NCBI GenBank assembly: GCA_964652825.1
Contig: CAZZCU010000001.1
Location: forward strand, 208,167-272,166
Direction of reading: 5' to 3'
Source: an uncultured Oligoflexales bacterium
GTDB lineage: Bacteria; Bdellovibrionota_B; Oligoflexia; Oligoflexales; CAZZCU01
DNA: 64,000 nucleotides
Under the pieces are notes generated by a model, which searched no databases, was not told the DNA's origin, and saw only the letters and a program-made list of their open reading frames with translations. Below, one piece after another: positions 46,218 through 55,866 of this stretch (position 1 is the first letter of the stretch; the number at the start of each line of letters is the position of its first letter). The translations under genes and the position numbers were made by a program.

Positions 46218-47813
46218 TTAGAATTTATGCTTTGCGGTTGCCAGAATGCTTCGTTCTTTTTGCGTCAGCTCTTTGTTACCCGCAAGTGAGTATGTCTGTG
46301 TTCCGTAGCGCAACTCCATACCCCAATCCAGATTGTATGCTGTGAAGGGCAAAGCTGTGCCGGCGACCATTAGCCAGCCGAAAGACGATTTTATCGTTGC
46401 TTTCGTGCCGCGAACACCTGCTTGACCAAAAGTCATTGGTGTCAAATAAAAATCACCATACCAATCGAGGTCTTTTTCAAAAGCTGCATGTGTGCCACCG
46501 ATACCGACAAAGCCGCCCAGCATAATGGCATCGATACCGCCCAGGCTTTCGTTGTTAATGCCGATGCTTTTAAGTTTGGCTAGTCCACCCGCGCGCCAAT
46601 GACCATTCTTGATGCCGCTGTCGATCAGAGGTGTTTCGTAATAAGCGCGACCGTGTACTTCAAATCCCAAGAAACTCCCGCTGGTGGTTGGGCCAAAATC
46701 TAGGCCCAAGCCCACGTCGCTGCGAACGTGGTTGGCTATTGTCTTATGTGTGGTCACACTTACATGATTCAACAGCCACAATGGAAACTTGGCCGCGGCA
46801 TTAGCATTACCGCTGATATCCCATAATCTTGGTCCAATTGCGAAGATCAGATGATCAGTTTTTGCTGCAAATAAAGTCGGTGTTGGTTTCGCTTCTTCTG
46901 AATTAGTTGCCGGTGACGTCGCCTGAGCGGGATTTTCCGCTGCATCAGTTGTTTGTGGTGGTATAACGATGTCATCTTTGCCGTTGTCGACGAGTTGTGG
47001 TGTTTGTGGTTCGACCTTGAATTTATTGCGTGCAGCGATTGCAGGAATGCGGGCGCCATCACCAACTTCGGCTGCGCCTTCATGAATCAGTCTGGTTAAT
47101 CTTGCTACCGAAGTATTTTGGTTCGCTTCGACGATTGTGGCTGAGCCAAGATTTTGGGTCTTGAATTCAAGCCAACTGCCATTAGCAGGGTGACGAGCTG
47201 TTACTTTTGCGCGCAGCAAAGTCACGTCATCGCCGACTTCGATACGTTGGGCTTTGCCGCCCGAAAGCGTTATGAATTTGCCTTGTACTGAAGTAATAAC
47301 AACATCGACCGGAAGTCGGTTTAGGGTGCGATAAACCAAATTGCTCAGGCGATCATCAAGCTCGGCCTGACTGGCGGCGCCTAACCAATTACGAGATACG
47401 GTTTCTGTCTCGCTAAGAAAATTTTCGAGTCCTGGACCCAGGATGCGGAACACGAATTGCACGCTATCGTCTTTGGTGGCGACGTTGAGACCAAGATAGG
47501 CATGCAGCTCAAATTGTTTGTTTAGTTCTTCCCTGCCGGCTGGCGTACTCCATTGGCTGGCAACGAGATCGCTGTCAATCAGACGAAAACGCGTTGATGA
47601 TTGTACTGCTTTGACGAATGCCGAGCTGATTCGATTTTTGCTGGTACTATTCGTGTTACCTTCCCACTGCACCGGTATGACACCCGCTTGCTGTAAAATA
47701 GGCAGCTTAGCAACGCCCTTATCTTGTTGAGCAAACACGATTGCTTCGTCGGCAATTGGCCCCAAGACGGCTAAACACAGTAAGACTAAAATGACGCGCG
47801 AATTCATAGTCAC
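46218..47813 (-). CDS. Secreted protein, probable outer-membrane beta-barrel with periplasmic N-terminal module
   Basis: Signal peptide VILVLLCLAVLGPIA. The C-terminal ~200 aa show alternating hydrophobic and Gly/aromatic-rich strands ending in ...AKHKF, a terminal Phe typical of OMP beta-signals. The start lies 2 nt after the spoVR stop. Confidence 0.5.
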   Translation of the reverse strand: MTMNSRVILVLLCLAVLGPIADEAIVFAQQDKGVAKLPILQQAGVIPVQWEGNTNSTSKNRISSAFVKAVQSSTRFRLIDSDLVASQWSTPAGREELNKQFELHAYLGLNVATKDDSVQFVFRILGPGLENFLSETETVSRNWLGAASQAELDDRLSNLVYRTLNRLPVDVVITSVQGKFITLSGGKAQRIEVGDDVTLLRAKVTARHPANGSWLEFKTQNLGSATIVEANQNTSVARLTRLIHEGAAEVGDGARIPAIAARNKFKVEPQTPQLVDNGKDDIVIPPQTTDAAENPAQATSPATNSEEAKPTPTLFAAKTDHLIFAIGPRLWDISGNANAAAKFPLWLLNHVSVTTHKTIANHVRSDVGLGLDFGPTTSGSFLGFEVHGRAYYETPLIDSGIKNGHWRAGGLAKLKSIGINNESLGGIDAIMLGGFVGIGGTHAAFEKDLDWYGDFYLTPMTFGQAGVRGTKATIKSSFGWLMVAGTALPFTAYNLDWGMELRYGTQTYSLAGNKELTQKERSILATAKHKF

Positions 47814-47815
47814 CC

Positions 47816-49312
47816 CTAAATTTTTTCAACTTGATGACTTTGACCATCAAAGCTGACTCGACGTGGTACTTCCTCGACTATAGTCTGTAGATGTACCGGA
47901 CGCCGCCATATCTTGTGGATGTTCTTTAAAGTCTCTAACGTATAGTCGTGCTTTAAATCAATACCTTCGTGAGTATGTTGCAGCAGCAATTCGTTACGGT
48001 TGCGGAAATTGCCATCGATGACCGAGATAATCGGCTGGCCGAAATTGGTTAATTGCTTGAGCAGGCGTGACTTAATTTCTTTAAAATCCCGAGTGGAGAT
48101 AAAGTAACGATTGTTGCGCTTGTCGTGGTCGACGGCGAACATCCGCGTTTCGTTACAAAAATCCTCGTCGAAGAATTCGTCCAGGAAAGTCACGTCGTTA
48201 TGTATGCGTCGTACTTCAAAGATTTTCTGCTTGCCGAGACCGGCTTCCCTATTCCATTCAGCGCGTTTTTTGGGGTCGTCACAGTTAACGTATTCCAGGC
48301 CAAATTGTCCACGATCCCAGCGTTTTTCGATGTGTCTGAATAATTCGATGCCCAGTTTGTAAGGATTGAGGCGGCCACCGCCCGTTTGTACGATGCCGGC
48401 ATAGTGATCGCAGTAATCGATGATCTCCGCTTCACTAAGAGGAGCGAGTTTAGTCATCATCATGCTGTGCCAGTAAGTTGCCCAGCCTTCATTCATGATT
48501 TTGGTTTGGCCCTGTGGCGCAAAATAATACGCTTCATCGCGAACGATATTGAGGACACGTTTTTCCCAGCTATTCAGCGGTGCGTAATCGAGCAAGAACT
48601 TCAAAACGTCGCGCTCCGGCCGTTCCGGGAAGGATTTTTCGCGTGTTGCAACTTCTTCTTGTTTCTTGCGCTGTGATTCTAGGAAATCTTTCGGATTTAC
48701 ATACGAGTCCATGTAGTTTTTGGAGGGCATTTTTGCTACGGGTTTGGGGCGGAAAGACTCCTCACCTTTATCGCCCGGTTTTTTCGTGGCGACATTGAAT
48801 GGTGCGAAGATGTCAATCAAGTTCTCGATGGATAAGCAGCAATCAAAAAATGATTCGACCTCGTCATGCCCGACATCTTCGATCATTTCGCGAGTGACGG
48901 ATGCATGGTTGGCCATTTGGTCGAGCATCTTGCGATTGGTTTTGCTGAACCAGTAGTTGTTCTTAAAAAAATCGCAATGACCATAAACATGCGCAATAAC
49001 GGTTCTTTGATCCACCAGATTATTGGCGCGCAACAAATAGGCGAAACAAGGATTGTTGTTGATCACCATTTCATAAATGACGGAAAGGCCGTACGTATAA
49101 CTTTTGGAAAGTTGCTCGTACTCCATGCCAAAACGCCAATGTGGATATCGTGTGGGAAAACCGCCGTAGGCCGCGATTTCGTATAGTTGCTTGTAGTCAA
49201 CCAGCTCAAAAATCGTCGGGAAAAAGTCCAGACCAGCCTCGCGGGCTTTCTGGGCGAGTTGATCGGCGATATCTTGTAGTTCGGGTGTTAGGCGCGTGTC
49301 ATAAGCAGCCAT
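47816..49312 (-). CDS. spoVR: SpoVR-family protein
   Basis: 498 aa. FFPTIFELV, YPHWRFGMEYE and NEGWATYWH motifs. Canonical position after yeaH. Confidence 0.9.
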   Translation of the reverse strand: MAAYDTRLTPELQDIADQLAQKAREAGLDFFPTIFELVDYKQLYEIAAYGGFPTRYPHWRFGMEYEQLSKSYTYGLSVIYEMVINNNPCFAYLLRANNLVDQRTVIAHVYGHCDFFKNNYWFSKTNRKMLDQMANHASVTREMIEDVGHDEVESFFDCCLSIENLIDIFAPFNVATKKPGDKGEESFRPKPVAKMPSKNYMDSYVNPKDFLESQRKKQEEVATREKSFPERPERDVLKFLLDYAPLNSWEKRVLNIVRDEAYYFAPQGQTKIMNEGWATYWHSMMMTKLAPLSEAEIIDYCDHYAGIVQTGGGRLNPYKLGIELFRHIEKRWDRGQFGLEYVNCDDPKKRAEWNREAGLGKQKIFEVRRIHNDVTFLDEFFDEDFCNETRMFAVDHDKRNNRYFISTRDFKEIKSRLLKQLTNFGQPIISVIDGNFRNRNELLLQHTHEGIDLKHDYTLETLKNIHKIWRRPVHLQTIVEEVPRRVSFDGQSHQVEKI

Positions 49313-49313
49313 G

Positions 49314-50429
49314 CTATTTCCCCTTACCCAAGAAGGTTTTTAACGCATCAATGATCGCATCACGATCCTTGATCTGGGAGGTTGTGATGCCGTCAGATTC
49401 CTCGCCAAAATGCTTGTGCAGATCGCGCAGAAACTGGCCGGAGCCATACCGTGATTCGACTTGCCCATAACAAAACAGGTTGGATGCCGGTATCAATTGT
49501 GTTTCCAACAGCTTCATACATTCATTAGTGTCGTTGCCAGACCAATTATCACCGTCCGAGAAATGAAAAAGATAGATGTTCCACTCTGCCGGTAAAAATT
49601 CTTCTTCGATCATTTTCAGCGCCAGACGATAGGCGGAACTGATGAGAGTGCCACCGGATTCTTTAGTTCGGTAAAAGGTGTTTTCATCGACTTCGCGTGC
49701 TGTCGCATCATGAATGATATAGCGACGTTCCAGGCCTTCATATTGTGTTCGCAGCCAGGTATCGAGCCAGAAACTTGTCAGGCGTACGATTTCTTTTTGT
49801 TCATCACCCATCGAGCCGGAAACGTCCATCATGTAGATGATTACGGCGTTGGTCACCGGCTCGTTGTAGACTTTGTACGAGCGAAAACGCTTGTCTTCTT
49901 TGATAGGAATAATTACCGGATTGTCGGGGTCATATGTTCCCGAAGCGATCGAGCGTTTCAAGGCTTCTTTAAACGTGCGTTTGAAATGTCTTAACGATTC
50001 GGGACCTTGTTTGAGAATTCCGGTGTAGCGATAGTGCTTTGCTTCGAGATTCTTTTTGCCCTTGTTTTCGATATTCGGGAGTTCAAGCTCTTCGCCGAGA
50101 ATGCTGGCGAGTTCTTCGAGGCTGACATCCACTTCCAGTGAATGCTGACCTTCTTCGCTCCCGGCTTGACCTTGTCCGTCGCCCGGTTGCGGCTCGCCTT
50201 GACCAACGGTATCGCCGACCTCGCCCTGACCCTGACCGACACCACCTTGTTGATTATCGCCAAACTGAAAATGCGGGATGTCGATGCGCGGAAGAGGGAT
50301 CGAGATTATTTTTTTGCCCTGGCGACCGAGAAGTTCGCCGTTTGAGATAAACCGACGAAGCTCGCGCTTAATCTTGCCACGAACAATCTTGCGGAATCGG
50401 TTAAGGTCCGACTCCATCTTCAGCGCCAT
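49314..50429 (-). CDS. yeaH: YeaH/YhbH (DUF444) protein with vWA-like domain
   Basis: [14 protein letters not shown]-terminus, an acidic/Gly-rich linker, and the vWA-like [12 protein letters not shown]. Confidence 0.88.
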   Translation of the reverse strand: MALKMESDLNRFRKIVRGKIKRELRRFISNGELLGRQGKKIISIPLPRIDIPHFQFGDNQQGGVGQGQGEVGDTVGQGEPQPGDGQGQAGSEEGQHSLEVDVSLEELASILGEELELPNIENKGKKNLEAKHYRYTGILKQGPESLRHFKRTFKEALKRSIASGTYDPDNPVIIPIKEDKRFRSYKVYNEPVTNAVIIYMMDVSGSMGDEQKEIVRLTSFWLDTWLRTQYEGLERRYIIHDATAREVDENTFYRTKESGGTLISSAYRLALKMIEEEFLPAEWNIYLFHFSDGDNWSGNDTNECMKLLETQLIPASNLFCYGQVESRYGSGQFLRDLHKHFGEESDGITTSQIKDRDAIIDALKTFLGKGK

Positions 50430-50441
50430 GACATGTCCTTC

Positions 50442-52511
50442 TTACGAGGCTTTGCCTTCGCCTTTAACTACGTCGCCACGTGCAAATACACTTGCCACGA
50501 ATCCCAGCGCGTCACCGGCGCAGATTTCGCAGTAGCCGTAATTCTTGATCAGTCGATTTTTGACTACATCGATCTTGGCCTGAGTTTCTTTGTCAACGAT
50601 GTTGGAAACCAGGCTTGTTAACTTGATGGTGTCTTTTTGATCTTCAAACAGCTTAAGCTCCAAAGCCTTGTGCAGACGCTCGTTCATGCGGAAATCAAAA
50701 GCCTTGCCATCAAGCGCCAACGCACCGATGTAGTTCATGATTTCCCGGCGGAAATCATCTTTGCGGCTTTCGGCGATATCGATTTTCTCTTCGATCGATC
50801 GCATGAGTCGCTCATCCGGCTCCTCGTCGGCACCCGTATAGGGGTTACGAACCTTTTCTTTTTGGGTATAGGCTTTGACGTTATCGATGTAGTTGCCACA
50901 CAACTTGTCGATAGCACCCTCGTCAGCAGAGATAGCCCGTTGAACTTCGTGTTTAACGATATCTTCGTACTCAAGTTTCACGATCGATAACAGTTCGCGA
51001 TAATTCTTGCGCGTTTCTTCGTCGCTGATGAGAGAGTGACTCTTTAGACCCGAATCAAGCTCATTGAGCACGATAAACGGATTAACGCAGCCTTCGCCTT
51101 TATCCATGACCAGAGAGTTAGAAATTTTATCCTGGATGTAGCGCGGGCTAATGCCTTCAAGACCTTCGCGAGTCGTTTCCTTGCGCAACTCCTTAACGTG
51201 ATCTTCGGTAAAGCCCGGGATGTTTTTGCCGTTATAAAGCTTCAATTTTTGCATAATCGTCAGATTGGCTTTCTTCGGCTCTTCCAAGCGCGTGAGCACT
51301 GCCCACATGGCGCCCATTTCCAACGTGTGTGGCGCGATGTGAATGTGCGGTACGGTTTTGGAATTGAAGTCTTTTTGGTAAATTTTGATCTCTTCGTTTA
51401 GACGCGTAATGTAAGGGACATCAATCTTAACCGTACGATCACGTAAAGCTTCCATAAATTCGTTGTTTTGCAATTTACGGTATTCCGGCTCGTTAGTGTG
51501 TCCAATGATGACTTCGTCGATATCGGTTTGCGCGAATTTTTTGGGTTTGATTTTGTGTTCCTGGCTTGCCGTTAACAGATCGTACAGGAACGCCACGTCC
51601 AATTTTAACACCTCGATGAATTCGATGATGCCGCGGTTGGCAATGTTAAATTCACCATCAAAGTTGAAGGCGCGTGGATCAGAGTCGGAACCATATTCAG
51701 CGATTTTACGATAATTGATATCGCCGGTGAGTTCGGTGGAGTCCTGGTTCTTTTCGTCTTTGGGTTGGAAAGTACCGATACCAACGCGATCACGTTCCGA
51801 CAAAACCAGGCGTTTGACTTCGATATGGTTCTTGACCATTTTTTCCCAGTCGCCTTTGTAGTGCAGCATGAGTTCGCGATATACATAGCGACATGCCGGG
51901 CAAACTTCGCCTTCGATGTAAATTTCGCGCGCACGCTCGCGTTGCGTATTGAGTGCCTCCAATACCTGGGCTTTGCGTTCGGATGGTATCAGGTGCAAAG
52001 GCTCTTCGTGAATGGGACAAGGCATGGTGTCTTCCATTTTCAGGATTTCACCGAGGTTTTTCCAGATGTAGGTGTATAGAGCTCCCTCAGGCTTGCGCGA
52101 GTATGCTTCCAAGCCCTTTTTAAGTAGGCGGGCGATAGTCGATTTTGATGAACCCACGGGGCCGTGAAGGAGGATGACGCGCTTTTCCGGTCCATAATGA
52201 TTGGCGCCAGCCTTGAAAACATTCACTAGTTTTTGCAAATGCACATCAAGACCGAAGATTGCGTCTTTGCCATTATCGAATGGATCATCAAAAAATTTAT
52301 AGTGAACGATTTTCTTTTTGTACTCAGCGTACTCGTACGAGTCGTAGCTCAGAATCATATCCATCACGCGCTGGAAGGCCGTGCGTGTGATATCCGGATT
52401 CTCAATGGCCATGTTGAGATATTCTTCAAAGGTGCCAGTCCAATTGAGCTCGGCATGTATTTTGTTGAACTCGCCTTTGCTGACGATGCTGAAAACCTGT
52501 TTAGCATCCAT
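50442..52511 (-). CDS. prkA: PrkA-family serine protein kinase / AAA+ protein
   Basis: 689 aa. Walker [13 protein letters not shown]. The overall pattern matches PrkA/YeaG, and it heads the prkA-yeaH-spoVR triad. AAGGAG RBS. Confidence 0.93.
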   Translation of the reverse strand: MDAKQVFSIVSKGEFNKIHAELNWTGTFEEYLNMAIENPDITRTAFQRVMDMILSYDSYEYAEYKKKIVHYKFFDDPFDNGKDAIFGLDVHLQKLVNVFKAGANHYGPEKRVILLHGPVGSSKSTIARLLKKGLEAYSRKPEGALYTYIWKNLGEILKMEDTMPCPIHEEPLHLIPSERKAQVLEALNTQRERAREIYIEGEVCPACRYVYRELMLHYKGDWEKMVKNHIEVKRLVLSERDRVGIGTFQPKDEKNQDSTELTGDINYRKIAEYGSDSDPRAFNFDGEFNIANRGIIEFIEVLKLDVAFLYDLLTASQEHKIKPKKFAQTDIDEVIIGHTNEPEYRKLQNNEFMEALRDRTVKIDVPYITRLNEEIKIYQKDFNSKTVPHIHIAPHTLEMGAMWAVLTRLEEPKKANLTIMQKLKLYNGKNIPGFTEDHVKELRKETTREGLEGISPRYIQDKISNSLVMDKGEGCVNPFIVLNELDSGLKSHSLISDEETRKNYRELLSIVKLEYEDIVKHEVQRAISADEGAIDKLCGNYIDNVKAYTQKEKVRNPYTGADEEPDERLMRSIEEKIDIAESRKDDFRREIMNYIGALALDGKAFDFRMNERLHKALELKLFEDQKDTIKLTSLVSNIVDKETQAKIDVVKNRLIKNYGYCEICAGDALGFVASVFARGDVVKGEGKAS

Positions 52512-52616
52512 GCTCGAGTACTCCTTGTACTTTGAGTGTTGGTGGAGTCGCGCCGCAAAAATTTCGCAAAATCACGAACACATTTTTTGAGAAATTATGT
52601 TTGTAGGTCGGGCAAA

Positions 52617-52645
52617 AAGCAAAATTATCCTATACTTACAGGATA
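52617..52645 (-). terminator. Candidate terminator downstream of prfB
   Basis: 7-bp stem TTATCCT / AGGATAA. The minus strand continues TTTTGCTTTTTG. Confidence 0.4.
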
Positions 52646-52728
52646 AAGCCTGGCGGCAAACCTGTCAAAGTATCAGACAAGAAAATTTCCCTTTTGGAGA
52701 TGAGAAAAATTCAGGTGTTTTCTTATCA

Positions 52729-53854
52729 TTATTGCGCTGTTGGCGCGGTGCTTGATGAACTCGCCTGGCTTAGAAACGTGTTGATGAAATCGTCCAAATC
52801 CCCATCCAAGACGGTATTCGGGTCGTGCGAGGTGAAATCCGTTCGATGATCTTTGGCCATTTTGTAGGGATGCAAAACATAGCTGCGGATTTGACTGCCC
52901 CACCCGATCTCGCTCTTGGTGTTTTCCAATGCTTCTTGGGATTCGCGTCTAATCTCAAGTTCGCGTTCATATAACTTGGACTTGAGCATTTTCATGGCCT
53001 GATCCCGGTTCTGATGTTGAGAGCGCTGGTTCTGGCACTGCACAACGATTCCAGTGGGAATGTGGGTCATACGTATAGCCGAATCGGTTTTGTTAACGTG
53101 TTGACCGCCGGCGCCACTGGCGCGGTAAGTGTCGACGCGAATATCGCCTTCGTTAATCTGAATATCAATGTTGTCATCAACTATTGGTGTGACGAACACC
53201 GACGCAAAACTCGTGTGTCGCCGCGCGTTCGAGTCAAAAGGACTGATGCGTACCAGACGATGCACGCCCGACTCGGCTTTGAGAAGGCCGAACGCGTACT
53301 CACCAGTGACTTGAAATGAGGCGCTTTTAATCCCGGCACCTTCGCCATCTTGCAGGTCAAAGACTTCGCTGTTCCAGCCACGCCGTTCAGCATAACGCAG
53401 ATACATTCGGAACAACATTGATGCCCAGTCGCAGGATTCCGTGCCGCCGGCGCCGGCGTTGATTTGTACTAAGGCGTCGTTGCGATCGAGTTCGCCACCG
53501 AGGAGTTTTTCGACCTCGATGGCGGCCAGCTCTTTTTCAAGTGTTTCAAGAAGCAGTGCGGCTTCGGTGGTATAGTCATCATGACCTTCATTGGCAAGTT
53601 CGGCGGCTGCCTCTAAATCAGCCATTGTCTGTTTGAGTCTGCTGGCGCGAGTCAGAGTGTTCTCCAGGGATTTTTTTTCTTTAAGAATCGGTGCCGCAAC
53701 CTCTGGATTACCCCAGAAGTCCGGAGTTTCGGCGATGCGGCTTTCTACTTCTTGTAGCTGGTTGGTTTTGGTTGCGACGTCAAAGATACCCCCAGATGAC
53801 GTCGAACTTGGATTTGGCTTCGCGAGTTCTGGAATTGATTGTATGCAAGTCCAT
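52729..53854 (-). CDS. prfB: Peptide chain release factor 2 (requires programmed +1 frameshift)
   Basis: Frame 0 reads ATG (53854) MDLHTINSRTREAKSKFDVIWGYL then TGA (53782-53780). The +1 frame continues DVATKTNQLQEVE... and contains the SPF (RISPFDS) and GGQ (GAGGQHVN) motifs. The first 99 codons of the track ORF 52729..54078 are read-through artefact. Confidence 0.92.
53779..53794 (-). other. prfB +1 frameshift site (SD-like GGGGG, then UAU CUU UGA C)
   Basis: The minus strand reads TGGGGGTATCTTTGAC. This is identical in the core to the E. coli prfB recoding site AGGGGGTATCTTTGAC. Confidence 0.85.
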
Positions 53855-53962
53855 TGGGGCTTTCTATCCTCGTTAAGGGCAGTCACGTTGACTTTTATGA
53901 ATCGCGAAAAGTACCATAGAAGATTAGGTAATGCATCCCTTTTGCCAAAGCCCAGGTGAACA

Positions 53963-54178
53963 ATGATTTTGCTGACCAAGATCGATAATACGCGACTGTT
54001 GCTCAATCTGGAGACCGTTAAGTACATGGAAGCAACCCCCGATACTCTCATCTTTTTCATCAATGGCGATTCGGTCATTGTTCGTGAGTCACTGGATGAA
54101 GTTGTCCAGCGCGTGATACAATTTAAAGCGAAGATTCTTGAACAAGCAAAAGTAGTTACGGACGGGCCGACGACTTAA
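53963..54178 (+). CDS. flbD: Flagellar protein FlbD
   Basis: 71 aa. MILLTKIDNTRLLLNLETVKYMEATPDTLIFFINGDSVIVRESLDEV matches the FlbD family pattern. Precedes motA. Confidence 0.75.
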   Translation: MILLTKIDNTRLLLNLETVKYMEATPDTLIFFINGDSVIVRESLDEVVQRVIQFKAKILEQAKVVTDGPTT

Positions 54179-54225
54179 TGGCCATGGTGTGCAATGCGGA
54201 TGTTGCTACCTAAGGGGAATGAGAG

Positions 54226-54987
54226 ATGGATCTCACTAGTTTGATTGGACCAGTACTTGCCCTCGGTACGATTATCGGCGGGATGATTCTTGAGGGTGGT
54301 CACTTAAGCTCTATTCTGCAGCTCACCGCTGCGTTGATCGTGTTGGGCGGTGCTTTTGGTTCGATCTTGGTTGCATATCCGCTTCCTGATGTCATCTTTG
54401 CACTCAAAAGCTTGGGTATATGGTTGAAAAATCCTTCCACTAATCCTGATGACATCGTCAAAGACATTATCGATCTAGCGCAAACAGCGCGTAAGGAATC
54501 AATTCTTGCTTTGGAGAAGAAGCGCGAAGGTATCAAATTTGCGCCTTTAGGCAAGGCAGTGAAATTGGCAGTTGATGGCACAGATCCCAATATTATTCGC
54601 GATACTTTGGAGACCGAAAAAGAAATCACTTTTGAAGAAGCCGAGGTCGCGGTGAAATTCTGGGAAGATTTGGGTGCTATTGCTCCCACGATCGGGATTC
54701 TTGGTGCCGTACTTGGTTTGATTCACGTTATGGAGAATTTAAGTAACCCTGATGCCATCGGCCCCGGTATTGCTATTGCTTTCGTTGCGACACTGTATGG
54801 TGTAGGTTCGGCGAACATCTTTTTTATTCCCATCGGCAAGAAAATCAAACGTAAAGCAATGCTGGAAGGACACGCCCGCGATATGGTGATTATCGGTGTA
54901 GAAGGGATATTGTCGGGATTAAATCCAAAAGTGATTGAGGAAAAATTGGCGGTGTTTGTACATGGACATTCCACCGAAGAAAAATAG
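54226..54987 (+). CDS. motA: Flagellar motor stator protein MotA/PomA
   Basis: Four-TM MotA/TolQ/ExbB layout. C-terminal channel motif APTIGILGAVLGLIHVM...AFVATLYGVGSANIFFIPI. Confidence 0.9.
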   Translation: MDLTSLIGPVLALGTIIGGMILEGGHLSSILQLTAALIVLGGAFGSILVAYPLPDVIFALKSLGIWLKNPSTNPDDIVKDIIDLAQTARKESILALEKKREGIKFAPLGKAVKLAVDGTDPNIIRDTLETEKEITFEEAEVAVKFWEDLGAIAPTIGILGAVLGLIHVMENLSNPDAIGPGIAIAFVATLYGVGSANIFFIPIGKKIKRKAMLEGHARDMVIIGVEGILSGLNPKVIEEKLAVFVHGHSTEEK

Positions 54988-55035
54988 TTCTATATCGTAG
55001 CAATCTTGCCGTGCGCTAAACGTGAGATATAAGCA

Positions 55036-55854
55036 GTGTCAAAAAAGAAAAAATGCCCGGAATTTGAAAACCATGAACGTTGGCTCGTAAGTTATGCCGA
55101 CATGGTGACGCTGTTATTTGCCGTATTTGTGGTTTTGTATGCACTCAATATGACGCCCAAACCAAATGCGGCAGCATCGCTGGAAGGCTCGATGCAAGAA
55201 AGTTTCAACACGCCGTTGGATGATATTCCCGTTGATAGGCGCATTGGTCCCTCGGAAGCAGGTATAGGTATTTTCGAGCACTTTCGTGGCGATCAGGCGC
55301 GTCCGCCGTTACTCAAAAAATATCCGGGCCGTCCGACACAATCAAAAATTATCGATGATGAATACAATCGCCTCAGAATTCAGCTCGACGAACGCCTCTA
55401 TGGTCCGAATAAATTTCAGCAGGGCAGTGGCAAATCCGGTCAGGCGCGTATTGTTGATATTCAACGTACTGCCAATGGATTTCGCTTGCGTCTGGCGGCT
55501 AGACATTTTTATGCCTCAGGTGCGGTTGAGGTGCGCCGCGAAGCTCTCAAAGATCTTGATACTGTCATCAATTTGTTGAAGGATCTCGGGCGTCCCGTGA
55601 CGATCGAAGGGCATACCGATTCGTTGCCGCCAAGCGGTAATATGACTAATTGGGAGCTCTCGACTCTGCGCGCAACCAGCGTCGTAAAATACATGATTCG
55701 CGAGAAAAACTTCCCGGCTACGCAACTCAGTGCCGCCGGCTACGCGGATTTGCGGCCGATTGCTCATAATGGTACCGAAACTGGACGTGCGCTTAACAGA
55801 CGTATCGAGATCAACGTCAACTATAATTCGGTTGATGATGTCGACCCCGAGTAA
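55036..55854 (+). CDS. motB: Flagellar motor stator protein MotB (OmpA-like peptidoglycan-binding)
   Basis: The plug/TM region WLVSYADMVTLLFAVFVVL contains the conserved Asp. OmpA-like C-terminus GHTDS...SNWELSTLRA...NRRIEI. GTG start. Confidence 0.88.
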   Translation: MSKKKKCPEFENHERWLVSYADMVTLLFAVFVVLYALNMTPKPNAAASLEGSMQESFNTPLDDIPVDRRIGPSEAGIGIFEHFRGDQARPPLLKKYPGRPTQSKIIDDEYNRLRIQLDERLYGPNKFQQGSGKSGQARIVDIQRTANGFRLRLAARHFYASGAVEVRREALKDLDTVINLLKDLGRPVTIEGHTDSLPPSGNMTNWELSTLRATSVVKYMIREKNFPATQLSAAGYADLRPIAHNGTETGRALNRRIEINVNYNSVDDVDPE

Positions 55855-55866
55855 TTGGCGGTCCCC

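Noticed and set aside
53855-54078. The upstream part of the track ORF 52729..54078, which would give a 449-aa RF2.
   Set aside because: It is a read-through artefact of the +1 frame. The true N-terminus is the short frame-0 ORF starting at 53854, joined by the CUU UGA C frameshift.
54178-54193. A sigma54-like sequence, TGGCCATGGTGTGCAA, upstream of motA.
   Set aside because: The GG-to-GC spacing is one nucleotide short of the strict -24/-12 geometry, and the -24 box deviates (TGGCCA).
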